A stretch of 63,927 bases of DNA, counting the filler, from Vannella sp. (Eukaryota): NCBI GenBank assembly GCA_023345925.1. It is 11 parts of 11 records of this genome, joined end to end, with 100 filler letters (N's around TTAATTAATTAA, not from the genome) between each part and the next. Parts side by side here need not be neighbours in the genome. Positions count along the whole stretch, not along the records: positions 24,875 to 31,328 come from JAJQQN010000493.1; positions 31,429 to 36,158 come from JAJQQN010000955.1; positions 36,259 to 43,413 come from JAJQQN010000997.1; 8 more parts are not named here. One strand, written 5' to 3'. Shown here in pieces: positions 30,539-42,274 of the stretch. The notes under the pieces were generated by a model, which was given only the letters and a program-made list of their open reading frames with translations, was not told where the DNA came from and made no database searches. A program made the translations under genes and the position numbers. Positions within the stretch are counted from its first letter, which is position 1, and every line of letters starts with the position of its first letter.

Positions 30539-31039
30539 TTACACCCTCATACAGATTGAGCCAACAGTGAGTGGTTTGTTTCTCCTTGGGGCGGACGTAT
30601 GCCGTGTGTGGGGCTTAGAGCGAGTGTTTGGAGCTTCTTCTTGAGGAGTGGGGGGTTGCGAGTTGACGAGAGAGCCTGTGGGGCAGTTTTTAGAGCTGAG
30701 GTTGGTGTTTGTGTTCCTCTTGCGAGAGGTACATGTTGTGCATTCATTACTGCTCTTTTTGATGTGCACGAGAGACTTGCAGACCGCGCAGGGGCGGAGA
30801 CAGAAGAGGTCTTGGCCTTGCCGTGATGAAGGGTCGATGTTCTCTTTGTCTTCGGAGTTATCCAATACAACAGAGTCCCTCACTACCTTCTTGCGAGTCC
30901 CAGCCCTTGTTGCAGTACTCACTCGCCCGACCTGCGAGGGTTTGTTTGCTTCAAAGAGGGAAAGTGGCTTCCTCCCTGTCTTCACATTCACCTTGGGTCC
31001 TCCAGCATTATCAACTCCATCATGAAAGACCGTGAACAT
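30539..31039 (-). CDS. Small protein with APC/C degron motifs (ABBA-like, D-box, KEN) and two CxxC pairs
   Basis: FTVFHD, RKPLSLFEAN, DKENIDP, CAVC..CTTC, C-terminal CMRV. Confidence 0.6.
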   Translation of the reverse strand: MFTVFHDGVDNAGGPKVNVKTGRKPLSLFEANKPSQVGRVSTATRAGTRKKVVRDSVVLDNSEDKENIDPSSRQGQDLFCLRPCAVCKSLVHIKKSSNECTTCTSRKRNTNTNLSSKNCPTGSLVNSQPPTPQEEAPNTRSKPHTRHTSAPRRNKPLTVGSICMRV

Positions 31040-31328
31040 GGGTTGAAGAAATAGCAATCGACTTCCTGCTTCAGACAACTGTTGAGGACCTCCGATTCCT
31101 TTCCCGCCACAACCATTCAGATGGGTCACTGGTTTGTAGAATTATGAATACAATATTCCGCATAATAATTTCTTGCTCCCAACCCAACCTTCGCACTTTC
31201 TGGTCATTTTCTCATGGAGGGCAAGGAGGAAGGATCGATTCATTATCGCGCAAGGGAGATGCGCGCGAAGGAACGTGCTCTGAGGACGGAGAAGATGAAG
31301 ATGAAGACACATTGGCGGTGGGCTCCTC

Positions 31329-31428
31329 NNNNNNNNNNNNNNNNNNNNNNNNNNNNNNNNNNNNNNNNNNNNTTAATTAATTAANNNNNNNNNNNNNNNN
31401 NNNNNNNNNNNNNNNNNNNNNNNNNNNN
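31329..31428. other. Artificial contig spacer
   Basis: 44 N + TTAATTAATTAA + 44 N. Confidence 0.98.
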
Positions 31429-31674
31429 GTCGTCGTCATAACAGAGTGACGGGGTTGCGATCACACTGCTCTTCGCACCTGATTCATTGCATCATTTAAA
31501 CTTCTCCTTTTAAAGTCAGCATCAATGATGCAGCTTTTTTGGAAGGAATCGACCACCATGATCATCAAAAGGGAGGTCCTTGTGTTGGTACTCTCTTCCC
31601 GAGCAAAATGGAACTCCTACCATAGCATCTACTAAGCGACCTCCTCTGATTTTTTATTGCAATGGCAGCATGCT

Positions 31675-34600
31675 TTACTTGTTCGCGTCTTGAAGGAAGA
31701 ACAGGAGAGCTTTCATGGACTGGCCGATAGGGAGAGCAGGACGGCCGCCACATGAAGTGATTGTAGTTTGTGTGGAGGCTACGGATGGCTTGAGGATCTT
31801 GGCGGCATAGCCTTTGTGTTGGATGATGGACTTGTACATGAATAGAGGGTGGTTAGCGTCAGTGATGGCTTGCACCCGTTGAATGAACGTTTCCTCCGGT
31901 AATGGAGTGAGAGACTGGCTTTCAGTGACACTCTCTTGAATCAAAGCTATCAGATAAGATAAGGGCGTCAAATGATCACTGCTTATATGATAGGCTCGAG
32001 GTCCTGGCTCTTCCAGCTTCGAAAGTTGGACAATCCAATGAGCGGCCCAGTCCACTGGAACCACATTCAATTGGCCTGGTAATGGAGAGGCCCCTTCAAG
32101 GGGAGCGTTCTCTAGACAGACTCGCTCTTGCAAGAGTCCTTGTAGCAATCTGATGATGGTATCTTTGGGGTTGGCTGCGCCACTATGGGAATGGGCAAAG
32201 ATAGTGCAGGGCCGGTAGATGGTGAGAGAGCCTCCAAATTGTTTGTGTGCCTTACAAACGAGCTGCTCTGCAACCCATTTACTTTGAGAGTAGCCACCTG
32301 AGCTTGGTTGGGTGGTGAGAGGGACTTCTAGACATTCTTCTGTTGTGGATCCCAGAAGCCCGACAGTAGAGATGTAATGGAAGGCGATGCGTTCCGCTCC
32401 GTAAGCAAAGCTTAGTGCATTTACAGTACCTTCAACGTTGGTGGGTCGGTGCTGCGCATAAGAGTTTAACGAGTTGACCATTGCTGCGTTGTGAAAGATA
32501 GCAGAAACATCCTTCTGAAGATCGCTCCACAGGCTTTCTGATAAGCCAAACCTCAGTAATGCGACATCACCTGCTATCGCTCTCACTCTCTCCCATTCAT
32601 CACAAGAAAGCTCGATTCGGAAGTATTTGAGACTTTCCTCCAGCCTTAGGCGAGCAGTTCGATCGTCTTTTGCCCTAATGATACAAGTCACTGACTCTTT
32701 GTAAGACTGCAATAACTCTTGAAGGATGAATGCTCCCAAGAATCCATTTGCACCTGTGAGCAAAAGGGATTTTCGCTCGGTTCTCTTTGTTGGAGTCTCA
32801 ATACCTCCCAGACAACGAAGTAACTTCTTCCAATTCTCCTCCACTTCGTTTGTGAGGTATTCAGGAGTGATGTTGCTCTCTTCCAGGTGGTCACGGACTG
32901 AATTTAGTCCTCCAAAGAGAGCTGTTTGGAGCACTGCAAGAGAAGGTAGCTTCACTAAGGCTGGAAGTGGAATCTCAACGCCAAATTGCTGGGCCAGACA
33001 ACTGGATAACTGTGCTAGAGCCAAAGAGTCTGCACCTAATTCAATGAGTCGGTCTTCCCCTGAGAAACTGCCTTGTGGAAGCTGCAGTACTTCTTGAAGA
33101 AGATTTCTCAGCCCAAAGCAAAGTCCAGAAGTATCTGGAATAGCTCTGTCTTCTCTTGAGGCTCCTGGACTCACCAATGGAGCCAAAGAAGCGGAGAAGA
33201 AGGACTCCATTGGAGCCTTATATCGCGCCATTAACGCTGGCCGAGACAGCTTCCCAATAGTAGTTAGCATTCCATTCCAAACGGTGAAAGGCTCGGTCTC
33301 CACTAAGATGAATTGCGGGATTTCCCAGGATTGGAGATGCTCAGACTTGCCCAATTGCCGGAGATCTCGTCGGATAACTGCGGTAGGGTCCACTAATCCA
33401 GATTCCAAACGCTGAGCTGCTAAAGTGGAAGGAACTACAACGGCAGCCACGCAAGAGAACATCGAATTGGCGAAAATGAAAATCTGCTGAACAAGGGGAG
33501 ATGCGATAAAGATGGTTTCCAGCCTTTCTGGGGCCACAAAGCACCCCTGAGAGAGCTTTACCATGGACTTCTTCCGATCAATGATCTCAATATTGCCATT
33601 GCGAAGCTCTCCAATGTCTCCTGTGCGAAAGTAACGTTGCCCGTTCACATTAATGAAGGACTCTGCGGTCTTCTCCTCATCGTTATAATAGCCTTCGATA
33701 GTGCTTTGAGTATGAGCGATAATCTCTCCTCGAGGGAATGGACGATCTGATGTTAGATAGCCCAATTCTTCGCAGTCCAAAAGCTGCAATTTGACCCCCG
33801 CGCTGATAGTGCTATTACTACTGATAGCTCCTGTCTCTGTAGTACCATATCCATTGACTACGAACACTCCAAGGGCGTGGAACATCCATTCCTGAATTGA
33901 CTTGTTCAGAGGCGCTCCCCCGACCAAAGCGACTTGAAGGCGATTTCCGAAGAGTTTTCTCTCCTTATAGATTTCGATGAACTCCTTTTTCGAGTCAGCA
34001 GGAGGGTGGGAATGAAACTGGGCCAAGTCACGCTGGTAACTGGAAAACAAATTATTCCAGAAACTGGGCGTGGCTCCCACTACTGTTGGACGGAGAGCCT
34101 GAATGTCCTCTAATAAGAGATCTAAACGTCCGCAAGATACTCCGCAACGAGCACCGCGGCAAAGGAGGTCGAGGCATTGTCGCATGGGTTCGATGGAAAG
34201 CACAACCATCTGCACTGTGGAAGGTCGGGCAGCGTGAACCCCTTGAAGGACTCTTTCACACTTAAAAACAGTCAGCTTCGGCATTCCCGAAGACCCACTT
34301 GTTGACAAAAGCATCGAGATATCTTCTTTTGAGCGGTGGACCAACTCATTAATAACACTTTTTGGCTGGCGTGCTCCATCAGCTCGCACTCTCTCCCAGC
34401 TACAAATCCGAGTATCAGTTGGTGGACTTATACCAGGTGCATCTTCTGCTGCTCGAAGGGCGTAGCTGCAGGAATAGTCATCAATCAAGACAACCATTCG
34501 AACCGGATTCTCTTCTTGCAGAGACGCTAAGCCTTGGAGAGCTCGCTCTTGTAAGTGTTTTGAAACTACTAAGCATTGGATGTTTGCTAGTTTCACCACG

Positions 34601-35247
34601 TGGGCTATCTGTTCAGCACTGAAAGAGGCATGAAGAGGCACCAAAGGGATTCCTTTCATCATGCAGCTTAGCTGGGTGACCATCCAATAAGGACTACTTG
34701 ATGCACATAGTCCTAGGAAAGATGTTTCTGATACTCCAGATTGCCGCAGCCCTTCACCAAACTCAAGAGCTCGTTTGAGAGCCTCTCCGTATGTGACCCA
34801 CTCAAAGTCTGGCCCGAACTGGCTCTCTACGCCACCTTCGAAGAGTGTAACAGTCCTGATTCCTACAAGAGGACGTGATTCGTACAGTGTAAGACAACGA
34901 TGGACTGCCTCCGCAACACTGGAAGGATCTAACAGTACATTTGAATCCACCTCTGCGTACACAGCGTCCCGGTACAGATAGTGTGGATGCAGAAGGTTCA
35001 ATTCGCCGCGAGCATCAGCTTTGCTCCAGCAAGAGCGACAGAAGTCGAAGGTCTCGCATTTGCCACACGAGAAGCGCTCATCCGGCGGTAAAAGCTCTCT
35101 GTCACAGCCCATACACGCATAGACCTGTCTCGTTAGGCGCTTATGGACCTCGAGTATCCTCTTGTATCCCCAGAACCGAACAAACCAACGCGCTGACCAA
35201 ACCAACACGCCAACCAACACCACCAACCCCGCCACTGCCGCCTCCAT
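31675..35247 (-). CDS. Carboxylic acid reductase-like NRPS-like enzyme: TM-ZZ-A-T-R
   Basis: A domain: STSGSSGMPK, NGYGTTE, FRTGDIG, IDRKKSMVKLSQG, GKLSR. T domain: LGADSL. R domain: TGANGFLG, GYSQSKW. N-terminal TM and a ZZ finger. Intronless, 1190 aa from ATG 35247. Confidence 0.9.
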   Translation of the reverse strand: MEAAVAGLVVLVGVLVWSARWFVRFWGYKRILEVHKRLTRQVYACMGCDRELLPPDERFSCGKCETFDFCRSCWSKADARGELNLLHPHYLYRDAVYAEVDSNVLLDPSSVAEAVHRCLTLYESRPLVGIRTVTLFEGGVESQFGPDFEWVTYGEALKRALEFGEGLRQSGVSETSFLGLCASSSPYWMVTQLSCMMKGIPLVPLHASFSAEQIAHVVKLANIQCLVVSKHLQERALQGLASLQEENPVRMVVLIDDYSCSYALRAAEDAPGISPPTDTRICSWERVRADGARQPKSVINELVHRSKEDISMLLSTSGSSGMPKLTVFKCERVLQGVHAARPSTVQMVVLSIEPMRQCLDLLCRGARCGVSCGRLDLLLEDIQALRPTVVGATPSFWNNLFSSYQRDLAQFHSHPPADSKKEFIEIYKERKLFGNRLQVALVGGAPLNKSIQEWMFHALGVFVVNGYGTTETGAISSNSTISAGVKLQLLDCEELGYLTSDRPFPRGEIIAHTQSTIEGYYNDEEKTAESFINVNGQRYFRTGDIGELRNGNIEIIDRKKSMVKLSQGCFVAPERLETIFIASPLVQQIFIFANSMFSCVAAVVVPSTLAAQRLESGLVDPTAVIRRDLRQLGKSEHLQSWEIPQFILVETEPFTVWNGMLTTIGKLSRPALMARYKAPMESFFSASLAPLVSPGASREDRAIPDTSGLCFGLRNLLQEVLQLPQGSFSGEDRLIELGADSLALAQLSSCLAQQFGVEIPLPALVKLPSLAVLQTALFGGLNSVRDHLEESNITPEYLTNEVEENWKKLLRCLGGIETPTKRTERKSLLLTGANGFLGAFILQELLQSYKESVTCIIRAKDDRTARLRLEESLKYFRIELSCDEWERVRAIAGDVALLRFGLSESLWSDLQKDVSAIFHNAAMVNSLNSYAQHRPTNVEGTVNALSFAYGAERIAFHYISTVGLLGSTTEECLEVPLTTQPSSGGYSQSKWVAEQLVCKAHKQFGGSLTIYRPCTIFAHSHSGAANPKDTIIRLLQGLLQERVCLENAPLEGASPLPGQLNVVPVDWAAHWIVQLSKLEEPGPRAYHISSDHLTPLSYLIALIQESVTESQSLTPLPEETFIQRVQAITDANHPLFMYKSIIQHKGYAAKILKPSVASTQTTITSCGGRPALPIGQSMKALLFFLQDANK

Positions 35248-35293
35248 CCCACTGAATGGTTCCCTTTGGTAGTGGTGATGATGGCATCTGCAT

Positions 35294-36158
35294 ATGGAAG
35301 AGCAGGAAGCCTCCAACGTGCTCATTTCCTCCTTTCCCATGCCCTTTGGCAACCACACGCTTCTCCTCTCTCTTGAAGGGAGCCTTTGGGCGTTTGGGTG
35401 CAACGTCAATGGTCAACTAGGCCTTGGACATGGCAAGATCCAAAAGAAACCAGCGCAGGTCCCCTGGAATGGCCCGCAGCCGGTGCAAGTGGACTGGGGA
35501 GAGTTTCACTCTCTCGTCCTTGATGCGGAGGGCGGTGTGTGGGAAGCTGGCGTGTCCGGAGATACCTTCGTGAGGATCATGGAACTACCTCTTATCGCTT
35601 TGGTGGCTGCTGGCACGTCTCACAGTGCCGCAATCGATATCGAAGGCGGCCTTTGGGTGTGGAGCAATACCACTCTCTCTTGGGCGAGTTCCCTTCCACA
35701 GCAGGTAAAGGGACTCCCGTCAATCGTCAAGGTCGCTTGCGGTGACAAGTTCCTCGTGGCAGAGGCCGAAGAAGGCCTCTGGGTGTTGGGCAACAACTCC
35801 TCCGGGCAACTGGGCCTCGGCCACACCAACAGCGCTCTTCAACCGACCCTTATCCACGTGGAAGAGCTTTCCGAAGGACCTCTCCGCTGCCTAGCTGCCC
35901 ACTCCTTCGGAATGATTCTCATTGACTCGCAAGGAGGCGTCTTCTCCGCTGGATACAACGAAGATGGCCAACTGGGGCGCCCTACTGAGAATGAGATGAC
36001 CCTTCAGCGAATCAGAGACATCCCTCCCATGCTTGCAGCCTCCTGCGGGTGCTGGCACACTCTGTCTTTGGATGAGAATGGCGGCGCCTGGTCCTGGGGA
36101 TACGGGATATCTGGGCGATTAGGAAGAGGCGACACTGAAACGTACCACAGACCTACTT
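35294..36158 (+). CDS. RCC1-repeat protein (3' truncated)
   Basis: LWAFGCNVNGQLGLG, VAAGTSHS, VACGDKF, GNNSSGQLGLG, SCGCWHT. Confidence 0.9.
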
Positions 36159-36258
36159 NNNNNNNNNNNNNNNNNNNNNNNNNNNNNNNNNNNNNNNNNN
36201 NNTTAATTAATTAANNNNNNNNNNNNNNNNNNNNNNNNNNNNNNNNNNNNNNNNNNNN
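36159..36258. other. Artificial contig spacer
   Basis: 44 N + TTAATTAATTAA + 44 N. Confidence 0.98.
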
Positions 36259-36825
36259 GTACTTGCAGAGACCAGGGTAGAAAGGCTTGGATTTGAGGTC
36301 AATGTAGTGCTCCTTGGCCATATCCTCAGTGGGGTAGACGAGCTTGAGGGCAACGAGCTTGTATCCGCGGTTCTCGAAGCGGCTGATGATCTCTCCAATC
36401 AGGTTGCGTTGGACACCGTCGGGCTTGATGGCGATGAAAGTACGCTCAGTCTTGGTACCAGCCTGACCGTAGTGGGGTGCGGATCCAGCGTTGAAAGAGG
36501 GTGCGTTGTCTTTTGCAGGATAACATGAGAATGGCAAAGCAGGATAGGTAGCACCTACACAAAGCGGCGCCGGCAAGTCCACCGAGGGCAACAACAGCCA
36601 AGGATTTGAAAGCGAAAGCAGGGCGAACGGTGGCAGTGTAGGTGCGGTTGATGGCTAATAACTGTCTTGTCAACAAGTCTGCCGGTTGTACAAGTGGTCG
36701 ATGACTTACCACGAGGGGCAGCAACACGAGTGGCAGTGCGGGTAGTCTGAACTGAAATTCATTGTCAGCATGATCAGAAGAGAGCCCGAGTAGGGTACTG
36801 TACCAGCAGCGCGGCGGGCGAACAT
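36259..36825 (-). CDS. Nucleoside diphosphate kinase, mitochondrial type (3' truncated, intron-containing)
   Basis: Presequence [45 protein letters not shown]. Confidence 0.92.
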
Positions 36826-36946
36826 GTTTCTTGTTTGGGGCGAGGGGAAACAGAATTTCAGAACGAATCGTTTGAGGGAATATTTATTGAATTGTGGGGA
36901 CAACGCAATTGAATGGACTTTCGTAAAGCCTACAAAAATGGCCCTC

Positions 36947-37807
<861 letters not shown>

Positions 37808-37953
37808 GTTCCTGCGCAGCAAAAAATGGTGGAGTTCCCTTGTATTCGCCGAACCTACTCAATCCCATTTTCCTCAATTTTACAATTCTAAGCCAATAAA
37901 ATACAGACGAAGTGGTTTGTCAAACCCAAAGAAGATCGGACATTGTCTGGTGG

Positions 37954-38148
37954 ATGCTGCGACGCAAGCCGACACGAGTCGAGCTGGGTTCGGAGGATTT
38001 GAAAGACCTGGAGCAGATTGAACTCGAGCGTGGACGGACTCAACAAGAGGACACAACTTCGCGGGACCGAAACGTCCGTATCTTTGGCCATCAAGAAGCG
38101 GCGAAAATGGCCATGGACAACCTTCCAGATCACTCTTTAGACATATAA
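37954..38148 (+). CDS. CDC26: Anaphase-promoting complex subunit CDC26/APC12 (64 aa)
   Basis: N-terminus MLRRKPTRVELGSEDLKDLE matches the CDC26 signature MLRRKPTRLELxxxDxxE. Confidence 0.85.
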   Translation: MLRRKPTRVELGSEDLKDLEQIELERGRTQQEDTTSRDRNVRIFGHQEAAKMAMDNLPDHSLDI

Positions 38149-38194
38149 ACACAAAGCAGCTCTTCAACATTTTCTGGGTGGACTCTTTGAACGG

Positions 38195-38860
38195 ATGGAC
38201 TCGGAGTTGCTGACTAAACGTCCCCGTCAAGCTCTTGAAGGTGAGGTAAACCTATTGCTGTGTAGTGAAAAACTAACAGTGAGGGTGAAGGGGAAGAAGG
38301 ATCCCAAAAGAGACAGAGGACTGAGGCTCCCCTCGCTCAGGGTCTGGCGACGGGTGTCCATGTAGCCGGGTTGAAGCGCCCCTTCTCGCTGGTTGAATTG
38401 AAGGAGCACATGTCATTATCAGGGGAGCTTGAGCACTTCTGGATCAACAAGACCCGCAGCCACTGTCTGGTTGTGGTACGCCAATCTCTTGACACCGACT
38501 TTCTGTCCTCATCAGTGTATCAGCTTGAGACAGAAGAAATGGCCTCAGATCTGATCAAGCGAATGGATGGACTCGTTTGGCCAGAGGGAGGGGAAAAGGT
38601 TTCCGCAAAGACTTGCCCACGAGATTTCGCACTCACAAACACGAACGAGTTCTATCTGACCCCTGCTGGGGAGAGCAAACGAGGTCCGTTTCACCACCTT
38701 TCATTTCCTTCCTTCACCCTTCTCATTCCTTCTAGTCATGTCGAAACTTGACGACCTTTTCCGCCACACGACGACTTGTCCCAAGATCTATTGGAGCATG
38801 AATGAGGCAACCAAAGGGAAGACTATCTCCGAGGTGCGAGAGGGGTTGACATCCACATGA
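38195..38860 (+). CDS. Minimal Acinus-like protein (RRM + RSB motif); 3 introns
   Basis: VHVAGLKRPFSLVELKE, FWINKTRSHCLV, MDGLVWP, RSB-like KLDDLFRHTTTCPKIYW. Confidence 0.8.
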
Positions 38861-38990
38861 AGGGGCGTCGCACGGAAAATAGAACTTCATTTTCTTTCAA
38901 AAGTACACGAGAGCATTGTAGTGTGGTCGGGACGAAGTGAGAAGAAAGTGAGGGGACAGTACACCTCACCACTCCAGGTAGACTGGTTAC

Positions 38991-39813
38991 TTAGAGCAGC
39001 ATGCAAGCTCCCTTTTTGTTAGCTTTGGCCTTCTTGTCGGGACCCCCCTTAAGAGGGTTCTTCTCTCGCCATTTGTTGATCATTCGGACGAGCTCGAAGA
39101 ACAGCTCCTTAACGTTCGTGTTTGTTTTCGCGGAGGCCTCGATGAAGCCACAGCCGAACTTTTGTGCAAGAGTACGCCCTTGCTCGGTTGTTACTTGTCT
39201 CTCATCCTCTAAATCGAGTTTGTTTCCGACAAGCATGATGGGGATCTAGAAGCCGGAAGAAGAAAGGGTCAGAGGACAATTACTGGCAACACGAACCCGC
39301 CCAAGGCATGATAAATAGCGGAAAAAAGAGGGTTCAACATACATCTTGGCTGTCCTCCTTGATACGAAGGATCTGGGTGCGGAGCTTGCTTGCAGCTTCG
39401 AAGCTGGTGTTGGTGGTGATGCTGTAACCCAACACAAAACCCTGACCAGTCTTCATATACTGGTCTCGGAGTGCACTGTACTCTTCCTATTATGGTCCAG
39501 TAAGAAGGTGCTACTTGGGCTAGGGTGCATGCTTTCGAGGGAGGGCTTCTGTCACCGCAAGGGGTTGCTTACCTGTCCGGCGGTGTCCATGATATCAAGC
39601 ATGCAGGCAGTTCCATCTACTTCAACAAGCTTTCTGTACGAATCTTCGATAGTTGGGTCGTACTTCTCAACGAAGTTTCCTTGTATGAATCGCACCGTCA
39701 GGGCCGATTTGCCTGCGCCAAGGTCAGCAACTAGACCAGTTATGAGGCAAAGGTGTTCATAGTAACCTACCAACACCACCAGCGCCAACAACGACAATCC
39801 TGTACTCAGCCAT
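38991..39813 (-). CDS. Ras-family GTPase; 3 introns
   Basis: [41 protein letters not shown] box CMLL. Confidence 0.95.
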
Positions 39814-39932
39814 GAAGCAGGGAGAAGCTCACAGCCAGGATAAACTGCCTTTCCAACGACCAATCAAATCTCAGAGCCTTCCGGAACCAACACTTCGCTG
39901 AAGGTAAGAGTTGTGGAGATCAATTTGGCATT

Positions 39933-42175
39933 TTATTTCTTCTTTTTGTTGGGTTTCTTGGCAGCCTTCTTTGGGCGGGAAGGTGGAACGGCAGTTTGTA
40001 CGGGTGGGGTGAGTTCTTCCAAGACCACCTCTTCAAGGACACTGAAGATGGAGGAGTCTGGTTGCATGGGCCTTTTAGCTTTCTTGTTGATCTCCTTGAG
40101 GCACTGAAGGAGGTCCTTCGTTTCTGTGGGTCGTCGAATGGGTTTCTTGAAGGCGAAGATGATTGTGTTTAAGTCTCGTTCCATCTTCATCACCATCACT
40201 TGAGGAAAGATAGAGCATACTTTCTTCTGAGTTTCTTCACGGAGAGACGGAGAGCGGCACACCAGATTGATCATGAACACTCCATTCTCATCGAGATTGT
40301 CGTACACTTGACGGAGGATTTCCTCTTCTAGGAAGATAACTGGCGGGCAGCTTATGCCTTGGGAGTTGTCTTTGGAGTCAACATCGAGAATCAGCACCTC
40401 AAATCGATCCTTATGCTGTTTGATGTACTCCAACCCATCCGCCACGTGTGCAGTCATCCGATCATCCTCAACGAATTGAAAGCTGTTTCTGGCCACTTCA
40501 ACAATAGCTGGGTCGATCTCAACAGAGTCAATCTTCATGCATTCCCACACATGATGAAGGAACATTGGGAAGACACCTCCACCAAGGCCCACAACGGACA
40601 CATGCACGCGAGATCCTCGTTGGAACAGAGGCATTACCAGTGCCAGTCCAGCAACCAGTGCACTGTGATGATCGCAGGTAAGACGGGTAAAGTCAATCTG
40701 CTTCTCCCCAGAGGAGCTGGAATCCTTCTTCTTCGCCACCTTTAGAAGCGCTTCAGACTGAATGCAGTTCTGATTTTTCATAAATACGAGCCTCCGTACT
40801 TCCTGTGTACCATCAGAGACGTCCTCAACGATGATTTCGCCACTAAACTCGGAGACAGTTCGAAATACTTCTTTTCTGTCTCCGATGTCATTCCCAATGG
40901 TCATGTAAGGCACTTTGTCCGTACAGTTGTTTGGAAGGAGCTGTGTAATCTGATTCCCCAGAGTGTGAGACCAAGAGCAATGTCGGCAAAGACCTAACCG
41001 ACCTTGCCAGATAACTCATCTTGGACTCCTTGCAGTCCATTGACGAACTCTGTGCGTCCCAGATGCACCAAAAGAACTCGCTGGAACCCAATGTGGACAG
41101 TGACAAGCTCCATCTGGCCCTCAGGCGAAGAAAAGAGCCATTCATGTTCCCGTCCTTGGGGCACAATGAAGACGCAGCACCGCCCATTAGGCGCCTTCTT
41201 CTCAGGATGGTCAATCAGATAGATAGTGAATCGAGGAAGCCCATTTTCGTCTTGATCCAGACCGTGAAGATCGAGAACCATCCGGTTTCCTCGATGGAAG
41301 GACGAAAACTCCACTCGAGCAGCATTCATCCACTGGATCTCGCCGATCATCTGCTCTAGCTGATCAAAAGTGATCTCTCCTGATATAGTTGCACAGGAGG
41401 AGCTGACCCGGCTTATCTGGCCGGTCTTCTTTGCTGCGGCATTGCGGAAAGTGAAGCAGAAGGGAATGAGAGAGCTTGTTTGGTCCTGTGAAGCTACTTG
41501 CATGACAGAGATATCCCAATCTTCATGAAACTCCTTGACTAACTTCCTTAGGATGAAGTTTTGCGCTAAGGTGATACAAAAGTAGGCTCCACCACGCGGT
41601 ATTGTCTCTGAAGGCTTGCGCAGGACCCGATCGATCTCATTCATCATCTCAGTTATCTTTTCCATCACAGCCTGCGATTCGTCGGATGCGATCGCATCTA
41701 GAGCACCCTTATCCATCACAAAGTCGAAGCTCTCGTCCGCGTAGGTCATTTTGGTGACGTCCATCACATCCCAGCTCATCTGAGACCGAGAACTAATCAC
41801 AGTTTGTTAGTGTCGGGTTGTATGATGAAAGAAGGGCGGTATGTACGTGTTCTTTCGCCTCATCTCTCGAATGACAACCTCAGAGAAGTCCATGTTGGTG
41901 ATATTGCGGTATCCCGCGTCGTAAAGCTGCGCACTGAGCTCTGAGTTACCACATCCGATGATAAGAATACGAGAGTTCTTGTTTCCGATCTCCTCATCGA
42001 ACACGGAGCGAAGATCTTCGTATTCTCCATACCACTGACACCATGATGAGATCTGCGATGTTCCCTCCTACCAGTCGCTCACCTCGAATGCTTTCTGCTT
42101 CCTATCAATGAAGAACTTGTCCCAATACGACTGTGAGCCAAACTGGCTGATTTGCTGAGGCAGGAGCCCGCTCAT
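39933..42175 (-). CDS. METTL13: eEF1A lysine/N-terminal dual methyltransferase
   Basis: YWDKFF, FEWYG, IIGCGNS, DKGALDA, FIVPQGREHEWLFSSPEG, second domain VVGLGGG..VDSKD. Confidence 0.9.
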
Positions 42176-42274
42176 GACCCCAAGCAACCGCCCTCTATGA
42201 AATAAGCTCCATCAGTACGTTTCAAATGAAAGGCTAAACGTCTGGTGATAAAGGGGGCTCATTTCTTCCTCCCC

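Noticed and set aside
35248..35409. N-terminal extension of the CAR ORF overlapping the RCC1 gene, including an HHHH run
   Set aside because: It starts at a non-ATG codon and is antisense to RCC1. The ATG at 35247 directly precedes the TM helix.
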